NCBI GenBank assembly: GCA_030704615.1
Contig: CM060733.1
Location: 15,500,001 to 15,564,000, forward strand
Source: Takakia lepidozioides
Taxonomy: Eukaryota > Plantae > Bryophyta
Direction of reading: 5' to 3'
Length of the DNA stretch: 64,000 nt
Positions 12,435-25,500 of the stretch are shown here, piece by piece. Made by a program: the position numbers and the translations under genes. The notes beneath the pieces were generated by a model. That model saw only the letters and a list, made by a program, of their open reading frames with translations, had not been told where the DNA came from and did no database searches. Each line of letters starts with the position of its first letter. Position 1 is the first letter of the stretch.

Positions 12435-13626
12435 TCACGCGTAGTAATCCACACCGTCCTAGTCTCTTTCTCTTCACCCAAAGCTTCTCGCTTCCTTCCT
12501 TACCCACCCCACCCAAACCAAAAATCCACCTTTCTTGTCTTACAGATGATATTCCATCACCTCGAAAACAAATTGAAACCCATCTTGCGCTCCAAGATCA
12601 ACCAGAAGGATCCCGACGCCGTTGCAAAAGGAAATTCTCTCTCCCCCTTCCCCCCTCATGTATGGATCCTACCATCCTTGAGAGATTCAAAGTAGAACCC
12701 CAAGTCTGAATGGAAGACAGGAATCTGAGCTTCCTAACGTCCCCACTTTCGATCTCACCGAAGTCACAATGCTCCTTCATGATCTCCCGCTCTCTGCGAT
12801 GCCCGAGATCAGCCCCGCGGAATTGAAGGCATGCTTGGAGCTGCGATGTGGCTTTGCACACGAGCATCACGCGACAAGTTTCATCACACGTGGCTTCTTA
12901 CCATTCGCTCTTCGTGATCGCCTTGTTTACTCGCGCCGCGTGCGCTCGGCCCAACACAATGACTCGACCGCAAGCGCTATCACACACTGCGTGGTTCTGG
13001 GTTCAAACCCAGGTTCGCATCATTGTGTGGAGATCTAAGCTTGCTACTATATTTTCTTAAGTACATTTAATAACGGAGCTGTGGAATATCAGGCGTCATA
13101 AATATAGGATGGGAGTTTATGGGGCGTGGGCAGTGTTTTTCTTTCTGGCGAAAAATCGCCAGATTTCGACCTGGAAACTCGGTCAGCTACTTGTACAAAG
13201 GAATTATGGGGGGGTAAAATCCGAGATTTTTGCCAAAAAGCAACAGGGGATAAACTTAGGAGCCTAATCTTGCCGACGTGGGCCAATGATTACATGACAC
13301 CTGGAATATAGCCACTTTTCTAACTTTGTCACCTCGATATTCTCGCCACATGGGCACTAATTGAAATTCACATGTGGCCCCGCCAGCGATTTTGGAAATA
13401 TGAAAAAAAAACACACTGGGCGTGGGAGACTTACCGATGGGCGCCGGCACTAGGGTAACCCCTTTGAGCACGGTTAGATATGTGGGAACAAATGTTATCT
13501 ATGTGGGAACAGGGAGGAGGCGTCTCCTTTCGGGTGAGCCCGACACGGCCTCGCAACAGTGTCAGTAGATTCCCACCCACGTGCGTCGTAAACTCTCATC
13601 CAATGTCTAGTATGTTCCATCTCAGA

Positions 13627-14850
13627 TTTTTTTTTTTTTTTTTTGTTTTTTTCCGGAGAACGAGGGGATTGTAGCCCTGAAAACTTTATTAAAAGGAGGT
13701 AAGGAAAAAATAACCTTACAAAGAGCCATAAGGCGGAGTAACAAGGTTCCACTCAAAGCCAAAAAAACCAAAGTCTAAGAAGAGAGACTAAGAATAAGAA
13801 CTTCAGAGCCAGAGTGCTGTTGAAATAAGAAGACTAACCTGCAGAGAACAGCTGCAGCAAGGAACTGCAGCCAGCTAGACGGCCAAGGCTTGAGAACTAA
13901 TAAGGTTCAAGCAAACAACAAGAAAGCAACAGACTACAAACTACCCCTTTTACGCTTTGGAGCATCGAAGGAAAGTTGAGTCTTTGATCTGTATTTCCTA
14001 GAAGTACGCCGCTTGTGCCTCCAGTTAATCTCTAAATCCCTCCGAAAGAGAGGGCTTCGAAAGTAGTAGTGCTGCCAACAAGAAGGGAGAGTGTCTGTCC
14101 ACACAACCCTAGAGTCTGATACTCTTCTGCCAAAGATGTTGTTTTTTCCCCATGTGTTGTCAAATGAGGTAAGTAGTTGGTCTCTACTTGATTGACTACA
14201 CCTGGGAAGAATTGTCACAATAACAAGCCACGACTTGCGAGCTTCAGACACTAGGTCTGAATTAGCCCTATACAACACTTTCTGTAAACATGGTTTCACA
14301 TTTTGAAAGATCACCGCACGTGGCATCTTCCAGATATTCCAAAAAATGACCCCTCTTAAAGGTTCTCACACATGGCATGAGCATAAAGAACTTCCCCCTT
14401 TACAATTCAGCAACAGTGCAGAAGTGGAGTAATTGAGATTGGGATTCCAGAAAGAATTCAAGATGAATGTTTTCCTCCAAACAGATTGAGCGAAAGGGTA
14501 ATCCACCAAGCAATGCTCCAAAGTTTCAAGAGACTGCAGATTGCAGGAAGCACAAGCATCAAATGAATCAGAGAACATAGAGGCCACCGGAAGGATTCCA
14601 TTAGCAACCTTCCACAAAAGGCAGTCACTTTGGAAGACAAATGTCAGCCCACACCGCCTTCCAAGCAATAGGAGGACCAAGGAGATGAGCCCACTTGTTG
14701 TTCCACTTATCATCAAATCTTTTCTTTGGGGCAACAACAAAGAGTAGCCCAACTTAACCGAGTATTTGAAAAACTCATGTTTGTGTTTATTTGTATTCAA
14801 ATTTATTATAACTGGAAAGAAAACCAGATGGCACAAGAGGGTTGTAGCAA
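13627..14850 (-). mobile_element. Degraded L1-type LINE 3' end
   Basis: zf-RVT-like CASCNLQSLETLEHCLVDYPFAQSVW in ORF 14366..14836, followed by a WNIW-type segment. The poly-T at 13627-13652 is a poly-A tail on the minus strand. Confidence 0.7.
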
Positions 14851-15199
14851 GCCTGGTATGAGTACATGTGCATTTGTGTTTTGGGTCTGGGGTTCATCAA
14901 TCCCATATGTGCGCCTTGGCTGGAGCTCTGTCCCTTATGTGCCTCCATGGATCAAAAAGAGATTTAATTTTTCCTCTCAAGGCCCAGTGGCTTGGATTTC
15001 CTTGGTGAGAAATCGTTTGATATATGTATTGCTACAGAATCTCTTGACATTGTCCATGTTTGGGGGCCTTAGGGTGCACACCCTTCATGTTCAGCACCAA
15101 GGAAGAAGCGGAGTGTATTTCCGCAGAAGAGCACCCTTAACCGCGGTAACAAGTTGGACGACATAATAAAAGGATGTGGTCATTCCCACCTGAAAGCAA

Positions 15200-15575
15200 C
15201 AGATGAATGCGGGATGGATGAATGTAGCGTGGATAAAACATTGATGGACGGGTGCGAACAATGCAAGTACATGGATGAAATAGAGATGGATGAGATTACA
15301 ATGGATGAATGTATGATTGATGAATGTACAATGGATGTTGAATAATGGAAAACATTCATGAATGGAGGATGCATTCATATACAGTACATGAATGCACAAT
15401 GTATATGACATGAGTGTGTGGGGTTTGTAAGATGGATTCGAGAGTGCAGTGGATGAATGTACAATGGATGTTGAATAATGGAAAACATTTATAAATGGAG
15501 GATGCATGAATACAGTGTAGATGAATGCACAATGGATTTGACATGAGGTTGTGGTGTTTGTGGGATGGATTCATG
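15200..15575. repeat. Degenerate ATGGATGAAT-type tandem repeats with an internal ~135-bp duplication
   Basis: Repeated ATGGATGAATGTA / GGATGAATGTACAATGGATGTTGAATAATGGAAAACATT units at ~15318 and ~15452. Confidence 0.75.
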
Positions 15576-16059
15576 AAGATTGTAATTTCATTCTGAATGG
15601 ATTCTTTGTTCTTTTTTCTTTCTGCCGAAACATCTGCAATAAAGTAGGGGAATTCAATCTTTTACGAAGAGGATGAGAACTGAACATTAAAAATGCGTAG
15701 TTCAGTCTGACTCGGAGTCAGTACAATGTATCCCCGCGTCCTCTGCATCCAAGTCCAAGTATTTTAGAACTCCGGATCTACGATGGCTACACCTGCGGTC
15801 GGGCAATAAAAAGTCAGGGGAGAGAGCCTCGGCCATTTGAAGTGCCATTGCTTCGGCATACACAGGAAGCACAAAAGTGGAAAGGGGGCTGTCGAAAACA
15901 GTCTCGCCACAAATGGGGGTGTCTCCTGAAGATCCACCGCTACCTTTCCTGCAAGTCACAGCAAGAAAAACGTTATTACTGCAAATTTGATGTCTGCGAT
16001 TGAAAAGGGCACCCAAAGTGGAATGACAATTCCATTGCAGACTTACTCACATGAAAAAT

Positions 16060-19000
16060 CGTTGTGGACCTGCTTATCCTCGTGATCCTCATCATTTCGG
16101 ATTTGAATCGTTTCAGTTTGTGTGCCTGATGTAGAGCCAGACAAAAGGGGGAGGAGTACAGTCTTGTATAGGTCAGAGTCACCCTCCATGCCAAAAAAAG
16201 ATCTTCTGCCTGCCTTGCATGCATGGTAAGTTTCTCCTGCAACAGACAGGAGGACATGAACAGTTTGTAGAGGGGGATTTAACGAAGATGAAAATGGTGA
16301 AAGAAAACCAAATCTGAATGGAGAAAACGAACCTGTGGATATCGAGAGGTCAACCACCCGTGCAGAATGGTGGCTGCATGACTCCAGCAGTGTCTGCATG
16401 AACACTGGGGTTTTCTCCTTTGCACCTCTCCAAGGAGTGCCATCTGGTCTTTTGAGAGTCTGACTGGGCTGCATGAAGTTGTACAAAATGTCATCGACAT
16501 GCGGCTCATACGGGGAATTATGAAACACCCTTGGTTAGAAATCTCGAAACTGTGGACGGAGGATGGTGTCTTTGAGGTGCGAATCCTCCGCAGGCAGCAT
16601 CGCCTCGAACATCCTCGTGTGCGAAAAACTGAAGGTTAGGGTGCGAAACATAAACAACAGTGGAATTTTGTAGATTGGCACTTCAAAACATAGGCATGCA
16701 ACAAACTGATCAGTCAAATATTTTTGATGATCGGTGCCGATCATCACAGATTATTGTAGAGTTACGTTGTAGAATACATTGAAATAAAGCAACAAATCAC
16801 ACCTAAGAGGGAGGCGTCATACCAGTTGACCAGAATAACCCCCTTTTACAAGGTAGAGGATGTTCACACAATTCCATGTGCGCAGAATTTCAAACCCAGT
16901 GGACTTCAGGTACGATGCCAATGCCTGACGACTATCCTTGTCACATGACTGAAAGAGTAGAAGTGTCCCTGCATCAGAAAGGAAATAGTTGCAGAACCCG
17001 AACACCCAACTCCAGTAGTTGTCATCGAATTTGTTCCAGTTTGGCATCTTGCCCTTCGGAAGAACTTCTGGCACAGCCTGGCCGTCCGGGATGTCAAGAA
17101 TGACCATGTCTGCAGCAAACGTTTTGTGCACACCGCACACGAAGGAAGGACCAGTGCTCACCTGCGACGGACATGTTCAATTTGAGAACGAAGATAAGAA
17201 TGATTGCAAAGAAACAAATACCAATACTGCCAATGTCACCTACGAATGCAAAAGAAAGAAAGTTAAATTCCCACCAGATTAAGGAATGAGATCATGTTAT
17301 CCCAAGTAGGCGAAGGCACCCCAGTATATCCTTTCTTCCGACTCTCCATCATCGCCAGCCATCCCTCATTGACAATCTTAATCTCCCCTGCCAAATCAGC
17401 ACGGGAAAGGTGTGGCCTGGCATCGAACACGCACTGAATTGTGCAGGTATACCTTCCGGCGGTGAAGTCCTTCTCACTCTCTTTCTCTTCTCCTTTTATT
17501 TCTCCTTCCCCTTCTCATTTTCCTTCTCCTTCTCCTTCTCCTTCGACTTGTCTTTGTTTTTTGTCTTTGCTGGTGACTTGGCTGTGCCATCTGGAGCCTT
17601 GTCTTTGGGTTTGCGCCCATCCTTCTTGCCTTTCTGGGTTATTTCCTGCGCGTCAGGCTCCTTGGCAGCCAGTGCTGCTATGTTTCTTTGGTACCAGTAC
17701 TCCTCATCGTTCAGAGGTGCCAGCATCTCAGCGTGATTCTTCAAATATTTCATTTGCTGCTCCTGAAAAGTCGTGTGGTCAGGAGGGCAGTCCAGGTACC
17801 AACCACAGTCCCTGAAGTGTGCAGGACTCCAGTCCTTCAATATCCCTGCAGTATACATGGTTGGATCGTTTCCTGGGTCTGACCACATATCAAGATAATT
17901 TGGGACACCACTGAGGTGATTCCATCCATTAGCACATATTTTGTGTACCTGCAAACCACGAGGCAAATTGGAAATCAATCTCTCTATGCAGAAGCCCATT
18001 GTTCTCAAAGTGAATGTCAGCACCGACATTCAGAAAATTCGTGAGAGTAACAGTGCATACAACTATTGGGCACCCTAGAAAACGTACAAGAAATCTCTCG
18101 GTATAGAAGCTCACAATAGCTTTGGATGTGATGGTCATCAACGACATTCACAAAATTCCATTCAAGAATACTGCCAACACATCCTAAGTTCCCTAATCCA
18201 TATGAATGACATAGGAGCTCACAGCCATGGAAGTGAATGTCGGCACCGACATTCACTTCCTATCAGTAATGAACCCTTCTAACAACGCCTAAGGATTTCT
18301 CACAAGATGCAACATAGTTGCTAGTTGGAAATGCACCTGTACACAACTCGCATCATGGCCCACTCCCCCCCAACCTGACTGTCAAAGTCGTTGGACCGCA
18401 AAATGTTACCATCCTTCGAAAACTCCTGGAAAAAACAGTATCGCCAAGTGAGACCTCTCCACTTCCTGATGTATGCTTCCAATGTCATTTGAGGCGGGGA
18501 AACAATAGAAATATTCAAGTCCTTCAAATTCTGCTCGAGGACAAGGATGGCACGCTTCTCCAGCTGCAAAGGGTACATTTGTCAGTTTTGCAAATAAGGT
18601 AGTCATTACATTCATGAAGTCAACAAAGATGAAACTTCAATGAATACACACCTGACTCCAAAATGTAGCCTTGTGAACCAGTTGTCAAACACAATGTCAC
18701 TGATTCCCTCCACCTTTGTGCCAGGCTGTATAGTGCTTTTAGGGAACTGATTCAAGTCCTTCACTGTCTGATCTGAGTTCCAAATCTCCAACCATCTAAT
18801 TTTGGTCTTGGGGTCAACCATGGAGATGGCCAGCCGGTGCAATTTCTCCTGCTGCATCTCCGGGTGCACATGCTTGTCATAGTGAGATTTGATCTGCAGA
18901 AGGAACTCCTCTCCAAGGCCATGATCTACTACTCTAAGCTGCTTAGAGAAGGCGGACATCAGTTTGGTTCTCCGGATTTCGTACTCCTTCTTTATTGCTG

Positions 19001-21504
19001 CCTCCACACCCTTTGATGTCATAAGTTCCTCTGTTGTAGTGCGGTAGTATTCGGATTTCCCCTTCTCAGCTGCCTCTGCCAGTTCTTGCTGCATTAATCA
19101 AAGTAGGGATGAGTAAAAACAAATTACAAACATGTATTCAAAAAGACAAGTGAGTACAGGCTCGGCCTTACCGCATACATGTACTCCAGAAACGCCTCTC
19201 GAGTCAAAGAATAACAAGTGTCTGCAGTTCTTCTTGTTTCGTACTTCTTGATTATATCGGGGTGGAGTACTGTGCGAAAATCATCCAGCTTCATCAGACC
19301 AATCCTCTGAATTCGGAAAAGTGTGTGGACCAAGTTTGTTGTCACATGCGATTTCTCTGTCGATCTGCAAAAAGAATGGAAACAATGCATTGGTAAACAT
19401 CGTTTTTTGGTGGGATGAACAAGACATTGAAGAGGCAATGGAGTCTCTAGGATGACTTACTTGTTTACGTCATACATAGCTGTAAGAAGCCTAGCGATGT
19501 CGTTTCCAGGATCCAGAACCATTGCCTCTACAACAACATGCTTGTCTTTGTCTTTTGAATGATGTTTTTGAATGTATCCCATCCATGCCAACAATCGGTG
19601 GTTGCCGTCCCAAACGTAGAACATGTGGTTGCAAAATTACTGGGTGTTTCTTCCCATCATGAGGCCCAGCTCGAACTTCTCATTAACATCTTTCCAGCAC
19701 TCATCCCAGGTATCGGTGATCTCAGGAGACACTAATGTGCTTTTCCCATTTGTATCCGTCAGTGACACATAAAAAACTTGTGCACCAAGTCTGTATCCAT
19801 GCACGAAATCAGTTTCCAAATTTGTAATGTCATGGGAAAGTGGAGGACGCACAACAGGCATAGATATCATCCGGCATAGTGGGATGTCAAGACGCCCTCC
19901 AGAGATGAGCATGTCCCTAATAACCTCCTGAGAGTTTACCTTCTGGAATGACATGAGTTCTTTCACCTTGTCAACATAGTGCACTTCATGTTCATTTGTT
20001 TCATCGCTATTCTCCGAGCTCTTGGCAGACTCGTCCACATCTCCAGAACCTTTTGCCTCTGTTCCTGTCAGCTTGGACTTCACAGTTTTCTGCACGATGC
20101 CATGCCAATCAGACACTCAGTTATGTGCAAATAGTGAATGTCGATACCGACCATCAGTCTGTCTTGTCTCAAATCACAGTGGATGGCGGCATCGACATTC
20201 ACAACCATCTACACTAACAAAGTTGAGACAGACGAATGCAAATCAAAACACTATGACTGCATAGTGATTGTCGGTACCGACCATCACTCTGTTTCTGGGC
20301 AAGCAGGTACAGAAAGGTTCTGAGCATTAGCGAATGGCGTTAACGACAATAAAAAAACATTACACTCGAAAGACTGACAAGATCGGTTTGGTGCAAAGAA
20401 ATATATCTCATAGTGATTGGCGGCACCGACACTCACTTTAGTTTGTAACAGAAAGTGAGTGGAATGCACATTGTCTGAAATGCAAGAAGTCTATATTTTC
20501 AAAAGGAATATGATTGACGTTAATCAGAGAGACTCCATTGTGATGGTCGTTAAAGACAATCATTATTTCTTGTCTCTTTGGAATGTACTTTGCAACTGTT
20601 TTTAGACATGAAGCTACAGGTGGTCTCAAGAAAAGTGATTGGCGGTACCGCCATTCCTCTTCTCTAGTTTGTTCAACCTAAAACAGAGAAAATGCAATGC
20701 AAAACAATATGACTGAATAGTGATGGTCGGTGCCGACCATCACTCTCTCTCCACGCATGCAGGTACAGGAAGCTCATGAGGAGAATTGAAGGGCGTTAAC
20801 GACACTCACACTACACTAGAATGGAAAACATTGCGTTTGGTGCAAGTCAATACTGGATCATAGTTACTGTCGGCACCGACACTCATTTTCTTTTGTATAA
20901 GAATGTGAGTTTTGAAATGAAAGAGAATGACGTTGCTTACAATCACAGGTTCCGGCTACAGAAAGAAAGAGAAAGAGTGTTGGAAAGGCAATCAGACTGA
21001 CTCTATGATCTGAAGAACAGTGAATGGCGGTATCGCCAGTCACCCTAAATTAGTATGGAAATCCTGAAACAGAGGAATACAAAGCAAATCAACACAACTT
21101 CATAGTGATGGTTGGTACTGACCATCACTTTCTAGGACATTTCACTCACTCACTTTGTACATCTGTAAACAGGAAATGGAAGGGTGGAGAACACTTACTG
21201 GCGCCTTCTTCGGTTTTGAGTTTGGATCCCCTTCTGCAGCTTTCCTCTTCCCCTTCACATCTGTCAGAATTCATGTCTGGTCTAGGGTTTGTAGACCTTC
21301 TCCCCGTTCTGCGTTTAGCGGACTTCCACCTCCTTCAGTTTCCTTGCGAATCATCTCTGCTTCCACGGTCTGGTTTCCAACGCTCACTGTTCTCTCTCGT
21401 TGTGTGACAGTTGCAGCCTCATTCTCGGTCTGCTCTTGTGTTGCAGTCTCCGCGTTCACCTGCTGCCGTGGCCCTGTGTTCTCCATCAAACGACGCCTCG
21501 TCAT
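16060..21504 (-). pseudogene. Multi-exon gene: ParB/Srx-like N-terminal domain, helical region, Lys-rich linker, beta-class N4C/N6A DNA-methyltransferase-like domain. Disrupted by premature stops.
   Basis: Exon 1 21504..21199 (GTAAGT donor); exon 2 20089..19461 contains VRPP...FYVWDGNHRLLAW (ParB/Srx GxxR motif at 19595-19612). Later exons give ADMVILDIPD (motif IV-like, 17084-17095) before EKTPVFMQTLLE...VVDLSISTG|ETYHACKAGRRSFFGMEGDSDLY (motifs X-I-II), which is the permuted beta order. In-frame stops at 21271, 19637 and 16535. Confidence 0.75.
16725..21129. repeat. Dispersed array of 12 ~26-bp palindromes, consensus AGTGAwTGTCGGyrCCGACAyTCACT
   Basis: Copies at 16725, 18009, 18229 (32-bp GGAAGTGAATGTCGG-CA-CCGACATTCACTTCC), 20133, 20178, 20263, 20412, 20634, 20719, 20862, 21019 and 21104. 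All fall in inferred introns. Confidence 0.9.
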
Positions 21505-22534
21505 TTGCTCTCTTGCTCTGAGTCTCTCTCTAAGGGAAGTAAAATAAAGTGATTTCCTTCTCTTTCGTATCGTAGAAGGAACCCTCTCTAGCTTGACTAC
21601 CTCTCTCCCTCTAAGTGCAGAAACAAGAAAGACAAAGTGACTCTCGATTTCTTGCGGAGTTGCGTGCGTTAGGGATTGTCTCTAGAAACATCGGATTCCC
21701 TCTCGCGTGACCGTTACACCAATGTCATTCCCTTATTAGTGCACCTGCCAGCCATTAGTGGACAGCTGTTCGTCTGCAATGTAGTTATCGAAGTCTGACG
21801 TGTGTCGCCCAAAATGAACGGCGTGTCGTTTATTTGAAGGGTTTCAATAATTGAATATAACAGCGACAGATATTATAAATTCATGAATATAACATTGCAA
21901 ATAAACAATTAGTTGGTCTGACTGCTCCTAGAAAATTATCTGGAATATGTCTATGTTGAAACTATGGGGCCATCTGGCGCACAAACTCAGATCTTGCCTA
22001 TGCCATCATAACCATGGCACCATGGAATAAAAAATATGGGGCCATCTGGCGCACAATCTCAGACAAATATATGTAAGTAAACGAGTATTTGTTGACAAAT
22101 TTTTGGATATCATACACATTCATCCTTGTAAGCCCACCCCACGTTCGTTTCAAAGTTTGGACTTTCCAGGTGCGCATGATCAATGACTGTTATTAAAGAT
22201 GCATTTACCACCCTCAGATCCTTTGGCACACTTCTGAGAAGTCGGCTGGTTATTATGTTAATTGATGACGTTCTGAATAAAGGTTTAACAGCTATCGAAA
22301 TTGCTCCTAGGGATACTCCGTCTACGGTTTCCACAAAAAAAGTAATTAAAATGGACGGCGGCATGTCGGGAAGAGCTTGTCAGAGGCAAGGAATAACAGA
22401 ATGTGCACAATCATCGTGTGTACTTCCTCCGTGATATTCTCTGCTCATGCTTCACCAGTGTTTTGGAGACCTCAGTCAACAGATTTCACTGAAGAGCTGC
22501 GATAGCAAGGGAACTTCGTACGAGAGGAGGCAAG

Positions 22535-25500
22535 ATGGCTTCCTCTGAAGCGGAGTTCTTCTCTGATGAGAAACCAGTGCCGTTCTCCAAGGAAGCCCTT
22601 GCCAATGGGTTCGCTGTTGTTCTCAAACATGTCTTGGCGACCCGGTTTGAGCTATAAAATGGGACAATTTTCTTGGAAAGAGAAATTTACGGTTCAGACG
22701 GGAAGTTGTTAAAATACTCCTTCCAGAACCGTGATGAGACAGCTCTGGTCAGACAGTGGAGAGTTCACCCTGGAAGATACAGGGTCCTTGGGGAGCCTCG
22801 ATGAAAGTCCCTTGGATCATAAGTCACTCCAGGAACATCTGCTTCTGTGGTTCAAGACAAAATGGACTTTTTAGTGAAAAGAGAGGAAACATCCTCCACT
22901 CCCATCGTTGAGCTTTCGGATTCATCAAATGATGACATTATTGAAATCACTACTGACGTGCATCCTCTTGTAGTTGTGCAAGACGATGTTCAGGAGATCT
23001 CCAATGTCATTCCAAAACTACGGTCAATGGGGGGGATGCCCGGTTTCAAAAGTGAGTTGCAGGGAATTCGTTGGGACACTTTTAATATTGTTCCTGTGAA
23101 ATATCTTCCAGAGACGTTGGATGGGGATATTCTTTTCGAGCTCCCTCCTCCTCCTCATGTTGGAGGTATCTCAAGCCTGATGCATGGTATGGACAAGAGA
23201 CACGATGGACACCCATGGTGTAGGACGAAAACGTCAAATATTCAAAATCAAGACAAACTCATCTTCAGGAGGACAGTTTGCAATGGGCACCTCAGGTGCA
23301 AAAATTTCAATTGTAGACACTTTCTTCAATCGGGGATTCACAACCAGAGCGAGTGGTAGGGTATCGCTGAAAATCCATTTAAGCCGGGGGCGGCTCCTTC
23401 GCGGATGGACACTTTCGTTTGCAAATTTTGTAAGCTTGTCCCATCCTGCCTGGCGGTGTGTGGTGCAAGAATGTACTACGTGGTGCACCGTTTGAAAACT
23501 ATGACTCGAGCTTGTGTGCATTTCGGATTTCATAACCATCCAGTCTCAAAGGGCGATTACAGGGAAAGTCTTGAGACAGTGTCGAGGTTGATTAAACAAG
23601 AGTACGAGAGCAACACATCCGCAACCACATCTGCAATTGCTCTTGCCGCAAGCAAGAGCTTCTTGGATAGCCATATTTTCTGTGCAGTGGATTCTGTGGG
23701 AAGTAAACTTGATGGACCAGCATTGGACATTGTCATGGACCATTTTTCAACATTGAGTTCACCCAACATTCGCCATCAGGTGAATGCATTGAGAATGCGC
23801 TTTGGAAATAGAGGCTACATTGACAACATTCTGGAATTGAAAAGAATGAGCAAGTACGACTACATACAGGACAGTGTGTTTCCAAGGCAAGGAACGACAA
23901 AAGTATATCTTTTCAAAATGTCCACAACCGGGGAGGGCAGCAGGATAAGCCTCGTCAGACGAATGCAGAAGAGTGGTGATCTTGAGAAATATTTTCTTAT
24001 GTTTGATCACGTCAAACCGGTGAAAGATTGGACGACTATGGCTTGTCATGTGTACAATCCTATTTACCAGCGAGTTATGACAATTGCAGTTTGTGACATG
24101 CAATCGGAGGATTCGGAATCCCAGCAGCTAATGTGAAAATCTCTGATTCGTGTTATGGGGTGCCATGGTGTCCTTGCTCCGAATTTTGCTGGTTTCATGG
24201 CAGATAGTGCATAGGCGAATTTCACTGCTGTGCGGATTATCTTCGGATCGGGGGACCCAAAGGTGCCAATGGAGGGAAGAAAGCATACATGTCTGTTCCA
24301 TTGGACCCAATCTCTGGAGAAACATATGAAAGCGGATATCAAACCTGAGATGTAGATACAACATCGTAAGTTGTGCAAAGAATACAAAGATGCCAAATCA
24401 ATGGCGGAGGCGAATACATTGTTCCAGACAATTCGTGCCTGGTGGTTCTCTTCAAGAGCAGCATCGCTTGACAGTATGAGAGCGTTGGAAGATTGGTTGG
24501 CGTTTTGGCAGTTCCGGTACAGGCAGTAGGGAGCATCCATGACAACGGTACGTATCTAGTATTGCATGCATTTTCTATATTTTTTCGGGGTGCAGATCTG
24601 CATTTGCTTGGGTGGTGTTGTAACCTCTTTGGTATTCTGAAGTGTGTTTTTCACTTTGCAGAACATGTCCATTGAGGAAATGACAGACATGCCATCTTGC
24701 AATTTGACAGAGACAGTGCACAACGCATGGTTGCAACAGTCTGGGAAACGGGTCGGGATTTGTATGTGGCAACAACAGATGATCTCATACGTGCACTCCA
24801 ACAACAAACCAGATATCGTGACTTCTTGAGAGGAGGCGTTGGTGGGAAGGGTCCGGACAAACAAGAGTTGTTGTTGCGTGCTGCAAGCAGATCAGGGGAT
24901 CCAAGCAAGATAGCACGAGCGGTCGACATGTGTTCCAAAGGAACGCCTCTTGTGTCTAGAGTTCCACATCTGGAAGGGAAGGAGAGATTTGGCTCCTGCA
25001 AGAGGAAATTAAACACCCCTCCTGATTCGGATTCCGATTTGCATAGGGCAGACTGTGATAACTTCTCCACGCCTCGTGTCCCTCTGCATGAGAGATATAT
25101 ATCCGGACCATCCCTTCTTGAGGAACCTGCGACAGGAGGGCAGACTCCAACATATAACAACCCCATTGCAATGGTGCAAGAGATAAAGTTACTCCCTGAT
25201 ATTGTGGAGTCCATATGCCCCGACCACATTTGGCACATAGAGCGCACAAGTGCAAGGTCTCGTGTCAAATGTACGGCGATCAAAGCAACCAAATCTGACA
25301 AATGCACTTCTTCCATATCCAGAGGTGGTGCCCGCACTCCAGCTCCAACTTTCACTGGTTTAATGCGCCCGTATGGGCAGCCAGAAGCCAAGAACCACAA
25401 GTTATGGTTATGTGCATATGATTGTGGGAGATGTGTGCATGGAACTGTGCGACCTTCTGTGGTGATGAAGCCAAGTCCACCAGCTGTTTGGCCCGTGAAG

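Noticed and set aside
18229-20887. Palindrome core as host AuxRE (TGTCGG) or DRE (CCGAC) elements
   Set aside because: Several copies change these cores while keeping symmetry, and conservation extends to ~26 bp. Host TF binding cannot be excluded but does not explain the pattern.
20133-21129. CRISPR array interpretation of the spaced palindromes
   Set aside because: Spacers are irregular (~20-200 bp) and partly homologous to each other, repeats are degenerate, there are no cas genes and the context is a eukaryotic intron.
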